A stretch of 64,000 nucleotides of DNA from Candidatus Cloacimonadota bacterium (GCA_963676615.1 OY781092.1:1496545-1560544); one strand, 5' to 3'. Positions 9,487-19,388 are shown, counted from the first letter of the stretch. A program made the numbers and translations. Notes: generated by a model from the letters alone, not told the origin.

Positions 9487-10461
9487 ATGAATAGAAGCAC
9501 AGAAAATAAATTCCAAACGGTAATAGATAAAAACACCTTCTACTTTTTTAATCCAAAGTTTGAAGAAGACTATGAAGGTTATATAAACTCACTGAAAGAA
9601 ACATTACTAAATGTTAAAAACAGAGTTGAAACAGAAGGACTGAAAAAAGAAATTTTTGAAGAATTAATTTCTGAAAAAGAAAATGGATTACGTGCATTGT
9701 TAGCATTATCCGGTTTTTCCAATGAATACCTAAAACGACTTACAACAATAATCAGAATTGTAAATTATCCAGAGCTTAATAAATTGGTTTATAAGGATAA
9801 ATGGTATGATGAAAAAAAACCAGACAATATTCAAGAATGGTCAGATAGCACAATTCTGAAAAAAATTAAAGAAAATGAATTCTTTAAAAAAGGTATTGTA
9901 AATATATTTTTTGAAGGTGCAACAATTCCATTTTTAGCTGATACAATTCCCTTGTTTGAATTGAAAAAACTGAGTATTTCAAAGTTAAAATTTGAAATAC
10001 CAGAAATGATAGACAGTCTGATTAGATACAAGGAGAAAGGAAGTTATTCTGGTAAGAAAGGTAATAATCCAGAAATAATAGTTGAAGAAATTTTAAATAG
10101 ATTAGGTATTCCTTTTGAAACAGGAGATTTAACTGAACTTATAGATAATGCTCCTGATAACAAAAGAACTATGGATTTTATTATCCCGAATAAACACAAT
10201 CCTTTGATTATAGCGGAAAGCTCATTTCTTGCTACTACTTCATCCGGGCAAGGAGACAAATCAAAAACAGAAATTTCAATTGACAGTTTAATTAAGGAGC
10301 ATTATCCAACTGCTTCGTTTATTGGTTTTGTTGATGGTATTGGTTGGTATGTGAGAAAAGGAGATTTGAAAAGAATGGTTACTGCTTATGAGGATGTTTT
10401 CACATTCCACCCTGATGAACTCCAAAGATTTGAAAAACTATTAATCGAAAAGCTAAAATAA
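9487..10461 (+). CDS. Type II restriction endonuclease (PD-(D/E)XK fold, DpnII-family-like C-terminus)
   Basis: Lies between methyltransferases. Motifs KRTMDFIIP...IIAESSFLATTSSGQGDK and FIGFVDGIGW. ATG 9487 sits right after the MTase stop. Confidence 0.8.
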   Translation: MNRSTENKFQTVIDKNTFYFFNPKFEEDYEGYINSLKETLLNVKNRVETEGLKKEIFEELISEKENGLRALLALSGFSNEYLKRLTTIIRIVNYPELNKLVYKDKWYDEKKPDNIQEWSDSTILKKIKENEFFKKGIVNIFFEGATIPFLADTIPLFELKKLSISKLKFEIPEMIDSLIRYKEKGSYSGKKGNNPEIIVEEILNRLGIPFETGDLTELIDNAPDNKRTMDFIIPNKHNPLIIAESSFLATTSSGQGDKSKTEISIDSLIKEHYPTASFIGFVDGIGWYVRKGDLKRMVTAYEDVFTFHPDELQRFEKLLIEKLK

Positions 10462-12116
10462 TGAGTGAAATAAAATACGAATTTTCAGGTATTGGGTCTA
10501 TTATAAAAAACAAAGATTTAAAGGTGCCTATTCATCAAAGGCCTTATTCATGGGAACAGGACAATGTTGAAGCGTTGTTGAATGATATAAAGTTAAATTT
10601 TAATGAGGATGAGTATTTTCTCGGAACAATAGTTTTAACAGAAAATGGTTCTATTAATGAGATCGTTGATGGGCAGCAAAGAATTACCACAGTTTCATTA
10701 TTATATGCTTGTATTCGTGACCTTTTTAGCGAAGATAAGGATTCCGAGGATATTCAAACAAAATATTTAAGTTCATATGATATAAGAACGAAAGACTACT
10801 TACCTAAACTTGAATTAAGTCAACAAGACAATGATTTTTATAGGGAACTTGTCATAAACAAAAATAATAGTGTAAAAACACAAAGAGGATCTAACGAAAA
10901 AATTCAAAGTGCATATAACTTCATAAATGATTATATTAAAAGGGTTTTATCTAATAATAACGATGATGAAAATGTACTAATAGACTGGAAAGATTTTATT
11001 GATGAGAAATTAAAAGTCGTAACAATATCTGTTCCAACTGATACAAACGCTTTTACAATATTTGAGACTCTTAACGATAGAGGTTTAGCATTAGCACAAA
11101 TTGATTTATTAAAAAATTATTTATATAGTAAAGCTAATAATAGATTGGATGAGGTTCAAAAATCATGGCTTGAATTAATGTCAAAAATTGAATCAGAAGA
11201 TGAAGGATTATTATTGACTTATATCAAACATTACTGGTTTACTAATTATTATTTTGTTCGGGAAAGAAATAATGAGCTCTTTAAAAGTATAAAATCAGAT
11301 ATTAAAACATCAACAGCAGTTACAACATTTGTTAATAATCTAAAAAATGATGTTGACTTATATCTGGCAATTATAAATCATAATAGCTCATTATGGGATG
11401 GTTATGACAATGTATGCAAACAACACATTGAAACACTTAATTATTTTAACTTAGAGCAATACAGACCATTAGTATTTTCTATTTTAAAAAAATTCACACC
11501 GGAAGAAGTAAAAAAGTCACTAAAATTAATAGTGTCATGGTTAGTAAGAAACCTAATTGTTGGAGCTATGGGAGGTGGAACATTAGAAAAAGCTTATGCG
11601 GAAAAAGCAAAAGCAATTTTTGATGAAAATATTAAATCTGCATCAGATTTAAGAGATTCTCTTTCTTCGATTATACCACAAGATAAAGGGTTTAAAGAAC
11701 AATTTAAAATTGCCAATGTTAGTAAAGCAAAGAATGCAAGGTATTACCTGGCTGCAATCGAAAACTTCAAACGTGGAGAGAATAATCCGGAATTATTAGT
11801 GAACTTAAATCCTGATTCTGTTAATTTAGAACATATTCTTCCTCAAAACCCAGAGAATAACTACCCAGAGTTTACAAAAGAACAACATTCTTCATATTAT
11901 AAAAAAATAGGGAATTTGACATTAATGAAAACAAAAGAAAACAATGAATTTAAAAGCTCAAAGTTTAATGATAAAAAATTAAAATTTAAAGAATCGGAAC
12001 TATGGATAACTAATTCTTTATCTGAACTTTCAAAATGGGATATTGAAGAAATTGAAAAAAGACAAAATGAATTGGCAGAATTAGCAATAGAAACTTGGAG
12101 TTTAAAATTTAATTAA
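10461..12116 (+). CDS. DUF262 + DUF1524 (HNH) protein, GmrSD-like type IV restriction enzyme
   Basis: DUF262 motifs HQRPYSWE, IVDGQQRITT and IFETLNDRG. C-terminal NLEHILPQ...IGNLTLM...N HNH-like motif. Start overlaps the REase stop (TAATG). Confidence 0.9.
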   Translation: MSEIKYEFSGIGSIIKNKDLKVPIHQRPYSWEQDNVEALLNDIKLNFNEDEYFLGTIVLTENGSINEIVDGQQRITTVSLLYACIRDLFSEDKDSEDIQTKYLSSYDIRTKDYLPKLELSQQDNDFYRELVINKNNSVKTQRGSNEKIQSAYNFINDYIKRVLSNNNDDENVLIDWKDFIDEKLKVVTISVPTDTNAFTIFETLNDRGLALAQIDLLKNYLYSKANNRLDEVQKSWLELMSKIESEDEGLLLTYIKHYWFTNYYFVRERNNELFKSIKSDIKTSTAVTTFVNNLKNDVDLYLAIINHNSSLWDGYDNVCKQHIETLNYFNLEQYRPLVFSILKKFTPEEVKKSLKLIVSWLVRNLIVGAMGGGTLEKAYAEKAKAIFDENIKSASDLRDSLSSIIPQDKGFKEQFKIANVSKAKNARYYLAAIENFKRGENNPELLVNLNPDSVNLEHILPQNPENNYPEFTKEQHSSYYKKIGNLTLMKTKENNEFKSSKFNDKKLKFKESELWITNSLSELSKWDIEEIEKRQNELAELAIETWSLKFN

Positions 12117-12117
12117 A

Positions 12118-13107
12118 ATGATTGAAAATTATATAAATAGAATAATACTAGGGGATTGTTTGGAAACATTCAAAAAAATTCCCGATAATTCGGTAGATAT
12201 GACATTTGCTGACCCTCCGTTTAATCTCAAAAAGAGTTATCGCTCTTACAAAGACAGATTAGAGTTTCAGGAATACTTGAATTGGAGTGAAAAATGGATT
12301 TCCGAAATGGTAAGAGTTACAAAGCCAACAGGTTCTATTTTTGTTCATAATATTCCTAAATGGTTAACTTATTATGCTACATTCCTAAATGAATTCGCTC
12401 ATTTCAAACATTGGATTTCATGGGATGCTCCAACTGCTCCGATGGGTAAATCATTACAACCAGCAAATTATGGTATTTTGTTTTATGGGAAAGAAGAAAA
12501 GGGAACAAAAATTAATGAATTAAGATACCCACACAAAAGAGATAGGAAACAAGGTTATTTGTTAAAAGATTATGGAGGAAAAAAAGATAAATTACATCCT
12601 TTTGGACCCTTGATTTCTGATGTTTGGACTGATATCCATAGAATAAAGCACAACAAAAAAAGAGACCCACATCCTTGTCAATTACCAATCCACCTTTTGG
12701 ATAGATTAATATTACTTTCAACAGATGAAAATGATATTGTTCTTGACCCATTTTCTGGAACAGGAACAACTGCAATATCTGCAAAACGACTTGGTCGAAA
12801 ATATATTGGTTTAGAATTAGACCCTGATTATGTAAGAATATCGCAAGAGAAACTAGATTATGTAGAACCTAATTATAAACTTGGTGACAGCTATGTGAGT
12901 TTTTATTTAAAAGATATTGTAACAATTAGGAATAAAGATTGGGAACAACTTATTGAATATTTTGATATTCCTGAACCTATGAAAACAATCGACTATGCAA
13001 AAACAAAATTGAAGGATAAAAGATTGCTACCAAAAGCTGAAGAAATTGTTTATAAGGTTAGAAAATACAGTTCAGAAATGGCTATTGAAAATACGGTCAT
13101 TCTATGA
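12118..13107 (+). CDS. Site-specific DNA methyltransferase, beta class (N6-adenine or N4-cytosine)
   Basis: IILGDCLE, TFADPPFN (motif IV first), HPCQLP and IVLDPFSGTGTT (motif I). Confidence 0.92.
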   Translation: MIENYINRIILGDCLETFKKIPDNSVDMTFADPPFNLKKSYRSYKDRLEFQEYLNWSEKWISEMVRVTKPTGSIFVHNIPKWLTYYATFLNEFAHFKHWISWDAPTAPMGKSLQPANYGILFYGKEEKGTKINELRYPHKRDRKQGYLLKDYGGKKDKLHPFGPLISDVWTDIHRIKHNKKRDPHPCQLPIHLLDRLILLSTDENDIVLDPFSGTGTTAISAKRLGRKYIGLELDPDYVRISQEKLDYVEPNYKLGDSYVSFYLKDIVTIRNKDWEQLIEYFDIPEPMKTIDYAKTKLKDKRLLPKAEEIVYKVRKYSSEMAIENTVIL

Positions 13108-13158
13108 TTTGTTAATTTTTGCCACATTATAAATGAAACAAAATTAAAGGAGAATTTT

Positions 13159-13863
13159 ATGCAACAAAATGCAGTTTATACAAATCAAGCGGCGGAGCAG
13201 TCGCTGGTGGCTCGCTTTATGTACGCCACATATCTGTGGATGGGCATCGGGCTTTTCATCACGGGGCTTGTGGCGATGATTGTCGCTTCCAGCCAAACTT
13301 TGCTCTCGTTTTTCTACTACAACCGCTTCTTGCTTTTTGGCGTGATGATCGCAGAGTTGGCGCTGGTATTTTACCTGGCGTCTCGCATAATGAAAATGGA
13401 ATACAGCAAAGCCCGCAACCTGTTTTTGGTTTATGCGGCTCTCAACGGAATCTCGATGGCAGGCATCTTTATCGTTTACACCGGCTCGACCATCGCCTCG
13501 GCATTCTTCGTAACGGCTGGCACTTTTGGCGCGATGTGCCTCTACGGCTATATCACCAAAACCGACCTTTCCAGATTTGGCAACATCTTATTTATGGGGC
13601 TCATCGGCATCGTAATCGCCTCAATCGTGAATATGTTCGTCGCCTCCAGCGCCCTGAGCAAAGCTATCTCTTACCTCGGCGTGCTGCTATTTTGCGCAAT
13701 CACCGCCTACGACACACAATATTTGAAGCGAATCGCGCTCTCCACAGACGACGAAAGCTCGCTCCTCAAGCTCTCGCTCTTTGGGGCGTTGAAGCTGTAT
13801 CTGGACTTCATCAATATGTTTATTTTTATTTTGCGCATAATGGGTATGGGCAATCGAGACTAA
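13159..13863 (+). CDS. Bax inhibitor-1/YccA family membrane protein
   Basis: 7-TM pattern with YGYITKTDLS, TAYDTQ and GALKLYLDFINMF. Confidence 0.92.
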   Translation: MQQNAVYTNQAAEQSLVARFMYATYLWMGIGLFITGLVAMIVASSQTLLSFFYYNRFLLFGVMIAELALVFYLASRIMKMEYSKARNLFLVYAALNGISMAGIFIVYTGSTIASAFFVTAGTFGAMCLYGYITKTDLSRFGNILFMGLIGIVIASIVNMFVASSALSKAISYLGVLLFCAITAYDTQYLKRIALSTDDESSLLKLSLFGALKLYLDFINMFIFILRIMGMGNRD

Positions 13864-13885
13864 AAAATCTTTTTAAGGAGAAATT

Positions 13886-14263
13886 ATGAAAGAGTTGATC
13901 AAAACAGACAAAGCCCCTGCGGCTATCGGACCTTACTCGCAAGCGGCGAAAGTTGGGAACTTGCTATTCGTTTCGGGACAGTTGCCGCTGGATCCAGCCA
14001 CGATGGAATTTGCAGGAGACGACATCGCCAGCCAAACCGAGCAATCGCTAAAAAATCTTGTGGCAATCGTTGAGGCAGCAGGCTCTTCTATCGAAAAAAT
14101 CGTGAAAGTGAACATCTTTTTGGCAGACATCAAAGAGTTCGCCGCAATGAACGAGGTTTACGCAAAATTTTTCACAACAAATCCGCCAGCTCGTGCAGCG
14201 GTGGAGGTTGCGAACTTGCCAAAATACGCCAAAGTTGAGATTGAGGCTGTGGCTGAGTGTTAA
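13886..14263 (+). CDS. ridA: RidA/YjgF enamine-imine deaminase
   Basis: Motifs APAAIGPYSQA, SGQLPLDP, NEVYAKFF, PPARAAVEV and KVEIEAVA. Confidence 0.93.
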   Translation: MKELIKTDKAPAAIGPYSQAAKVGNLLFVSGQLPLDPATMEFAGDDIASQTEQSLKNLVAIVEAAGSSIEKIVKVNIFLADIKEFAAMNEVYAKFFTTNPPARAAVEVANLPKYAKVEIEAVAEC

Positions 14264-15033
14264 CATATCCAAAATTCGACCCCACTATCATCCGCATCGG
14301 CTTTTTGCAGGTGCGTTGGTATGGGGTTTGTTATTTGGTCAGCATAATTTTTGGCTACTTTTTCTATCGGAAAACTTTGCTCTCTCGCGGCGTTGAAATC
14401 AGCAAAAAAGATTACGAAGACCTAATCTTCTTCGTCGTTTTGGGCATAATCTTCGGCGGGCGCTTCGGCTATGTTTTGTTTTATAACCTCTCGTATTACC
14501 TCAAAAATCCGTTGGAAATTTTGGCAGTTTGGCACGGAGGAATGAGCTTCCACGGCGGCGCTCTGGGCGTAATGATTTTTGGTGGCTACTTCGCCTACAA
14601 ACATCGCTACAGCTTTAGCAAATTGGCAGACGCCATAACGCCATATTTGGCAGTCGGACTAGGAATGGGACGCCTTGGCAATTTCATCAACGGCGAGCTT
14701 TTCGGCAGAATCTCTGATGTCCCCTGGGCGATGGTTTTTCCCACAGGCGGCGTGCTGCCTCGTCATCCCTCGCAGCTATATGAGCTCTTTTTGGAAGGAA
14801 TCGTCTTAGGGCTGATTTGCTGGTTCGCCCTCAAAAAAATCAAGACAGACGGCGTCGTCTTTTGGCTGTTCATCGGTCTCTACGGCGTCTTTCGAATGTT
14901 TGTCGAAAACTTCCGCCAGCCAGATGCACAGCTGGGCTTCATCCTCTTTGGTTGGCTCACAATGGGGCAACTTTTGAGCTTCCTGATGATTTTCGTGGCG
15001 GTTGTTATGATTGTCCAAAAATATCGACGCTAG
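14257..15033 (+). CDS. lgt: Prolipoprotein diacylglyceryl transferase
   Basis: Motifs VRWYG, GGRFGYVLFY, WHGGMSFHGG, GRLGNFINGEL, RHPSQLYE and FRQPD. Confidence 0.96.
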   Translation: MLTYPKFDPTIIRIGFLQVRWYGVCYLVSIIFGYFFYRKTLLSRGVEISKKDYEDLIFFVVLGIIFGGRFGYVLFYNLSYYLKNPLEILAVWHGGMSFHGGALGVMIFGGYFAYKHRYSFSKLADAITPYLAVGLGMGRLGNFINGELFGRISDVPWAMVFPTGGVLPRHPSQLYELFLEGIVLGLICWFALKKIKTDGVVFWLFIGLYGVFRMFVENFRQPDAQLGFILFGWLTMGQLLSFLMIFVAVVMIVQKYRR

Positions 15034-15040
15034 GCAAAAA

Positions 15041-15616
15041 ATGCGGGCAAAAACTTTCTGGAAAGCGCTGATTTGCAGTGCTTTCCTTTTTTTCTGTGGA
15101 TGTAGCGTGAGTGTCAGCCAGTTTGCGCCGCAAGAGCTGCAAAACCAAGCAGAAAAATGGCAATCTATCACCCTTAGAGGCGATGCCACGCTCTGGGAAG
15201 ACGGCAAAAAGCTGCGCCAAAAATTTTTCCTTAAAAAGCAAGACAGTTCGCTACAGATGCTTTGCTATGGCGGCGGAGTCGCAGGATTTACGCCCACGCC
15301 GACTTTGTCTGTGCAGGTCACTGGCTCGCAAGTCAGCTATCGCACCAAAACCGTAAACGGGCAGTTGACGCCCGACGACAAGCAAACCAAGTCGCTCTAC
15401 GCGTTGATTTATGCTCTGGCGAACTTGCAACAAATTTATCAAACTCGGCAAATGTCTATCGGCAAAGCGGCGATAACTCTGGACAATCTGGGCAATCCCA
15501 GCAAAATCTCCTGCGGCGGTGTCGTTTTGCAGCTGCAATACAACGATAGCCAGCTAAGCGGGTTGGAGATGTTTTTTGGCTTTCGGAAAGTTTTGCAGGC
15601 GAGCTTCCCCAATTAA
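15041..15616 (+). CDS. Hypothetical lipoprotein
   Basis: Basic N-terminus, hydrophobic stretch and lipobox FFCG-C. Starts 7 bp after the lgt stop. Mature part looks beta-strand rich. Confidence 0.7.
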   Translation: MRAKTFWKALICSAFLFFCGCSVSVSQFAPQELQNQAEKWQSITLRGDATLWEDGKKLRQKFFLKKQDSSLQMLCYGGGVAGFTPTPTLSVQVTGSQVSYRTKTVNGQLTPDDKQTKSLYALIYALANLQQIYQTRQMSIGKAAITLDNLGNPSKISCGGVVLQLQYNDSQLSGLEMFFGFRKVLQASFPN

Positions 15617-15703
15617 GAGTTGACAGACGAGCAAAATGCTTCTTTTTGGCTTTCAAAAGAGTGAAAATTTTTGAAAAAAATTAACAAATTTAATTAGGAA
15701 TTT

Positions 15704-17329
15704 ATGAACAGAAAATCTTATGAACAGGGTCTGAGTTCGACACCTCTGCTGGGACAGACGATAACCCAAAATCTGAAGAAGACAGTTGAAAAATTTCCCG
15801 ACAATCAGGCGCTGGTGGTGCCGTATCAAAATTATCGGGCGACTTACAAAGAGTTTTGGTTGCAGATAAACGAGGTGGCAAAGGGGCTTGTGGCTTATGG
15901 CGTCAAAAAGGGTGATCGAGTCGGAATTTGGTCGGCGAACCGTTTCGAGTGGGTGATTATTCAATACGCCACGGCTCGCATCGGCGCGATTATGGTCAAT
16001 GTTAATCCAGCCTACAGGGCGCAGGAGCTGAAGTTCGCTCTCAAGCAGTCCGAGGTCAAACTTTTGGTGATGTCAAAAGGTTTTCGCAAGACTAACTATC
16101 TGGAGATTTTGAGCGAGGTGCGCTCTTCGTGCGTTTTTCTGAAAGATATTTTGGTAATCGATCACGATTGGCAGAAGCTGATTGACGAGGGCAGAGCCAT
16201 TTCCGACGATCAGATCGAGGCGATCGAGGCAGATTTGGAGTTTGATGAGCCGATAAATATTCAATATACGAGCGGCACGACGGGCTTTCCAAAAGGGACG
16301 ACGCTTTCGCATCACAATATTTTGAACAACGGATTTTTCATCGGCGAACGGCTGGAATATACCGAAAACGACCGCGTGTGCTTGCCCGTTCCGCTGTATC
16401 ACTGCTTTGGAATGGTTTTGGGGAATTTGGCTTGCACGACTCACGGCTGCTGTATGATTCTCACAGGAGAGGCTTTTGATCCGCAAACGGTTGTGGAGAC
16501 TGTGCAAGCGGAGAAGGCGACTTCGCTCTATGGCGTGCCGGCGATGTTTATTGCCGAGCTGAATTTGCCGGATATCGACAAATATGATTTTTCGAGTTTG
16601 CGCACGGGGATTATGGCTGGCTCGCAATGTCCCGAGTCCACGATGCGTGATATTCGCACCAAGATGAATATGAAAGAGGTCGGCATTTGCTATGGGATGA
16701 CCGAAACTTCGCCTGTCAGCACGCAAACTTTTTTGGACGATAACGAGCAGCGAAGGTGCGCCACTGTGGGCAAAGTGCATCCGCATTTGGAGATAAAGAT
16801 TATCAATCCAAAGACGAAAAAAGTGGTGCATCGGAACATTCCAGGTGAGCTTTGCACGCGTGGATATTCGGTGATGCTCAAATATTGGAACGACCCCGAG
16901 GCGACGGCTAGGGTAATCGACGAGGGAAGATGGATGCACACGGGCGATATGGCGGAGATGGATGAGGACGGCTACATCAAGATTGTCGGCAGAATTAAAG
17001 ACCTGATTATCCGCGGCGGCGAGAACATTTCGCCACACGAGATTGAGGAGTATTTGCGAAACCACGACAAGATTTACGATGTGCAGGTTATCGGCGTGCC
17101 AGATGATAAATACGGCGAGCGCGTGATGGCGTGGATTATCCTCAAGGGTGATTGCACGGTCACCGAAGAGGAGCTGCGGGCGTATTGCAAAGGGCAAATC
17201 GCCAGCTACAAAATTCCGCATTATTGGAAGTTTGTCGACGATTTCCCGATGACCGTAACGGGCAAAATCCGCAAAGTCGAGATGCGCGAGATTTCCGCAA
17301 GAGAGCTGGGGCTGATACAGCGGCACTAG
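15704..17329 (+). CDS. AMP-binding acyl-CoA synthetase
   Basis: Motifs IQYTSGTTGFPKG, PLYHCFG, YGMTETSP, WMHTGD, GRIKDLIIRGGENI and PMTVTGKIRK. Confidence 0.95.
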   Translation: MNRKSYEQGLSSTPLLGQTITQNLKKTVEKFPDNQALVVPYQNYRATYKEFWLQINEVAKGLVAYGVKKGDRVGIWSANRFEWVIIQYATARIGAIMVNVNPAYRAQELKFALKQSEVKLLVMSKGFRKTNYLEILSEVRSSCVFLKDILVIDHDWQKLIDEGRAISDDQIEAIEADLEFDEPINIQYTSGTTGFPKGTTLSHHNILNNGFFIGERLEYTENDRVCLPVPLYHCFGMVLGNLACTTHGCCMILTGEAFDPQTVVETVQAEKATSLYGVPAMFIAELNLPDIDKYDFSSLRTGIMAGSQCPESTMRDIRTKMNMKEVGICYGMTETSPVSTQTFLDDNEQRRCATVGKVHPHLEIKIINPKTKKVVHRNIPGELCTRGYSVMLKYWNDPEATARVIDEGRWMHTGDMAEMDEDGYIKIVGRIKDLIIRGGENISPHEIEEYLRNHDKIYDVQVIGVPDDKYGERVMAWIILKGDCTVTEEELRAYCKGQIASYKIPHYWKFVDDFPMTVTGKIRKVEMREISARELGLIQRH

Positions 17330-17400
17330 CCTTTGGCGGCAAATAAAAGTTGACAGAGCAAGGCGCAGGCGTTCTCTTGTCTTCATAATTATAAAGAAAA

Positions 17401-17534
17401 AACTTCAGGGCAGGGTGAAATTCCCGACCGGCGGTGACAGTCCGCGAGTTTTGTTTTTTTTACCTAAAAAAGAAAAGCGAAGCTGACTTGGTGCAAATCC
17501 AAGACCGATAGTTAAAGTCTAGATGAGAGAAGTT
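17401..17534 (+). ncRNA. FMN riboswitch (RFN element)
   Basis: CTTCAGGGCAGGGTGAAATTCCCGACCGGCGGT...AGTCCGCGAG...GCTGACTTGGTGCAAATCCAAGACCGATAGTTAAAGTCTAGATGAGAGAAG, with P1 AACTTC/GAAGTT, upstream of ribD. Confidence 0.96.
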
Positions 17535-17552
17535 GGCTAAAAATTTTTTTGG

Positions 17553-17591
17553 AAGCACTTGCCTTGGAGAAACCAGGGTGAGTGTTTTTTT
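17553..17591 (+). terminator. Attenuator terminator of the FMN riboswitch expression platform
   Basis: AAGCACTTGCCTTGG-loop-CCAGGGTGAGTGTTT plus a T-run, just before the ribD start. Confidence 0.8.
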
Positions 17592-17602
17592 GTGGGAAAA
17601 AG

Positions 17603-18724
17603 ATGAGTTACGACGAAAAATTTATGCTGCGAGCGCTAGAGATTGCTGAGCTTGGGAAAGGGTGCACCAATCCAAATCCGATGGTCGGAGCGGTGATTGT
17701 CTACCAGGGCAAAATCGTGGCAGAGGGCTATCATCAGGCGTATGGACAGCCGCATGCCGAGGTGAACGCTTTGCGGGTTGCGGGCAAGCGGAGTAAGGGC
17801 GCAGAGCTTTATGTGACGCTGGAGCCTTGCTCGCATTATGGCAAAACGCCGCCTTGCGCACTGGCGATCATCGAGGCGGGCATCCGCAAAGTTTATATCG
17901 GCGCCACTGACCCCAATCCGTTGGTTGCGGGAGCGGGCATCGACCTTTTGCAAAAGGCGGGAATCGCCGTGCAGAGCGATTTGATGACCAGCAAAGTGCA
18001 GCGGCAGAACGAGTTTTTTTGGCATTACATCACGAAGAAAAAGCCGTTTGTTATCTTTAAATCGGCAGCGTCGCTGGACGGCAAAACGGCAACGGCGACG
18101 GGCGAATCGCAGTGGATTACTTGCCCAGAATCTCGTGCTTTGGTGCATCGTTTGCGGCAGTCTGTTGCGGCGGTGCTGGTCGGAGCTGGCACAGTTTTGG
18201 CGGACGATCCGTCGCTCACGGCACGGCAAAACGGAGCGATTGTCGGCGAGCCGTATCGCATCGTGATGGACGCATTTGGTTCAGCGCCGCTCTCGTCAAA
18301 GATTTTTGCACAACCAACGCCGTCTAAGACGATTATGGTGTGCAGTCAGGCGCTCGATTTTGCGAAAAAAAAAGCTTACGAAAAACTGGGAGCGACGGTG
18401 CTGCAGGTTGCAGAGCAGCAGGGCAAACTTTCGATTTGGCAGACCTTGGAGCTTTTGGGCAAAATGAAAATCGACTCTCTGCTTTTGGAAGGCGGCGCAA
18501 CTCTAGCCAGCTCGTTTTTGCATAGTGGAGCGATCAACAAGTTTTGCTTTTTCTTTGCTCCCAAAATTTTGGCAGGTCATCAGCCGCTGTCGATTTTTGC
18601 AGGAAAGGGAGTCGAGTCGCTTTCTGCGGCGCCAGATTTGTCGATAGATTCGGTCGAAAAAGTGGGCTGCGATTTGCTGGTTACGGCGTATGCAAAAAAG
18701 GAGTGCGGATGTTCACAGGGATAG
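17603..18724 (+). CDS. ribD: Bifunctional riboflavin deaminase/reductase RibD
   Basis: Motifs TNPNPMVGAV, HAEVNAL, TLEPCSHYGKTPPC, SLDGKTA, DDPSLTAR and LLEGG. Confidence 0.96.
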   Translation: MSYDEKFMLRALEIAELGKGCTNPNPMVGAVIVYQGKIVAEGYHQAYGQPHAEVNALRVAGKRSKGAELYVTLEPCSHYGKTPPCALAIIEAGIRKVYIGATDPNPLVAGAGIDLLQKAGIAVQSDLMTSKVQRQNEFFWHYITKKKPFVIFKSAASLDGKTATATGESQWITCPESRALVHRLRQSVAAVLVGAGTVLADDPSLTARQNGAIVGEPYRIVMDAFGSAPLSSKIFAQPTPSKTIMVCSQALDFAKKKAYEKLGATVLQVAEQQGKLSIWQTLELLGKMKIDSLLLEGGATLASSFLHSGAINKFCFFFAPKILAGHQPLSIFAGKGVESLSAAPDLSIDSVEKVGCDLLVTAYAKKECGCSQG

Positions 18725-19353
18725 TCGAAGATTTGGGCAAGGTCGTCGGATTCGACAAGCGGGGCGATTTCGGCAGTTTGGAGTTGGTCAGCGCAAAAAT
18801 CCGCGAGGGTTTGCAACTTGGGGATAGCGTCGCCACAGACGGCGTTTGCCTCACGGTTCGCCAGCTGCTAGCGGAAAGTTTCGTGATGGATGTGATGCCA
18901 GTTTCGTGGCAAGTCACGACGCTGGGCGATTTGCAGCAGGGGCAGAGCGTCAATCTGGAGCGAGCTTTGCGCGCCGACGGTCGCTTGGGCGGACATTTCG
19001 TCACTGGGCATGTCGATGGTGTGGGTGTTGTGCAAAAAGTTACCGAGCAGGGGAACGCCAAGCTCATCGAGATTTCGGCGGAAGCGGAGCTTCTCGGGGC
19101 GTTGGTGCTCAAGGGTTCAATCACTGTCAGCGGCGTCAGCCTTACGGTGCAGACTCTCTCGCAAAGCAGTTTCGGCGTGTCGATAATTCCGCACACGGCG
19201 CAAAACACGATTTTGGAGAAGGCAACTTTGGGGCAGCGGCTAAATCTGGAGACGGACATTTTGGGGAAATATTGTGTGGCTTTGTTGTCGCACAACTCTT
19301 TGCAAAAGCAGGAGATAACTCCGCAGTTTTTGCAAAATAATGGCTTTTTTTGA
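18709..19353 (+). CDS. ribE: Riboflavin synthase (alpha chain)
   Basis: MFTGIVE N-terminus, GDSVATDGVCLTV, VNLERAL, GGHFVTGHVDG and IIPHT. Confidence 0.96.
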   Translation: MFTGIVEDLGKVVGFDKRGDFGSLELVSAKIREGLQLGDSVATDGVCLTVRQLLAESFVMDVMPVSWQVTTLGDLQQGQSVNLERALRADGRLGGHFVTGHVDGVGVVQKVTEQGNAKLIEISAEAELLGALVLKGSITVSGVSLTVQTLSQSSFGVSIIPHTAQNTILEKATLGQRLNLETDILGKYCVALLSHNSLQKQEITPQFLQNNGFF

Positions 19354-19388
19354 AACAGTTTGGAACGCAAAAATAAAAGGAGGAACGG

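Larger units (their letters stand above)
8225..13150 (+). other. Low-GC horizontally acquired defence island (R-M plus GmrSD-like)
   Basis: Abrupt switch to strongly AT-rich sequence with TTA/AAT/GAA codon usage, unlike the flanking genes. Four tightly coupled genes. No integrase or clear att repeat seen. Confidence 0.85.

Noticed and set aside
10461-12116. SspE / phosphorothioate defence system
   Set aside because: DUF262+DUF1524 also fits SspE, but there are no sspABCD or dnd genes in the window, so GmrSD-like is the simpler call.
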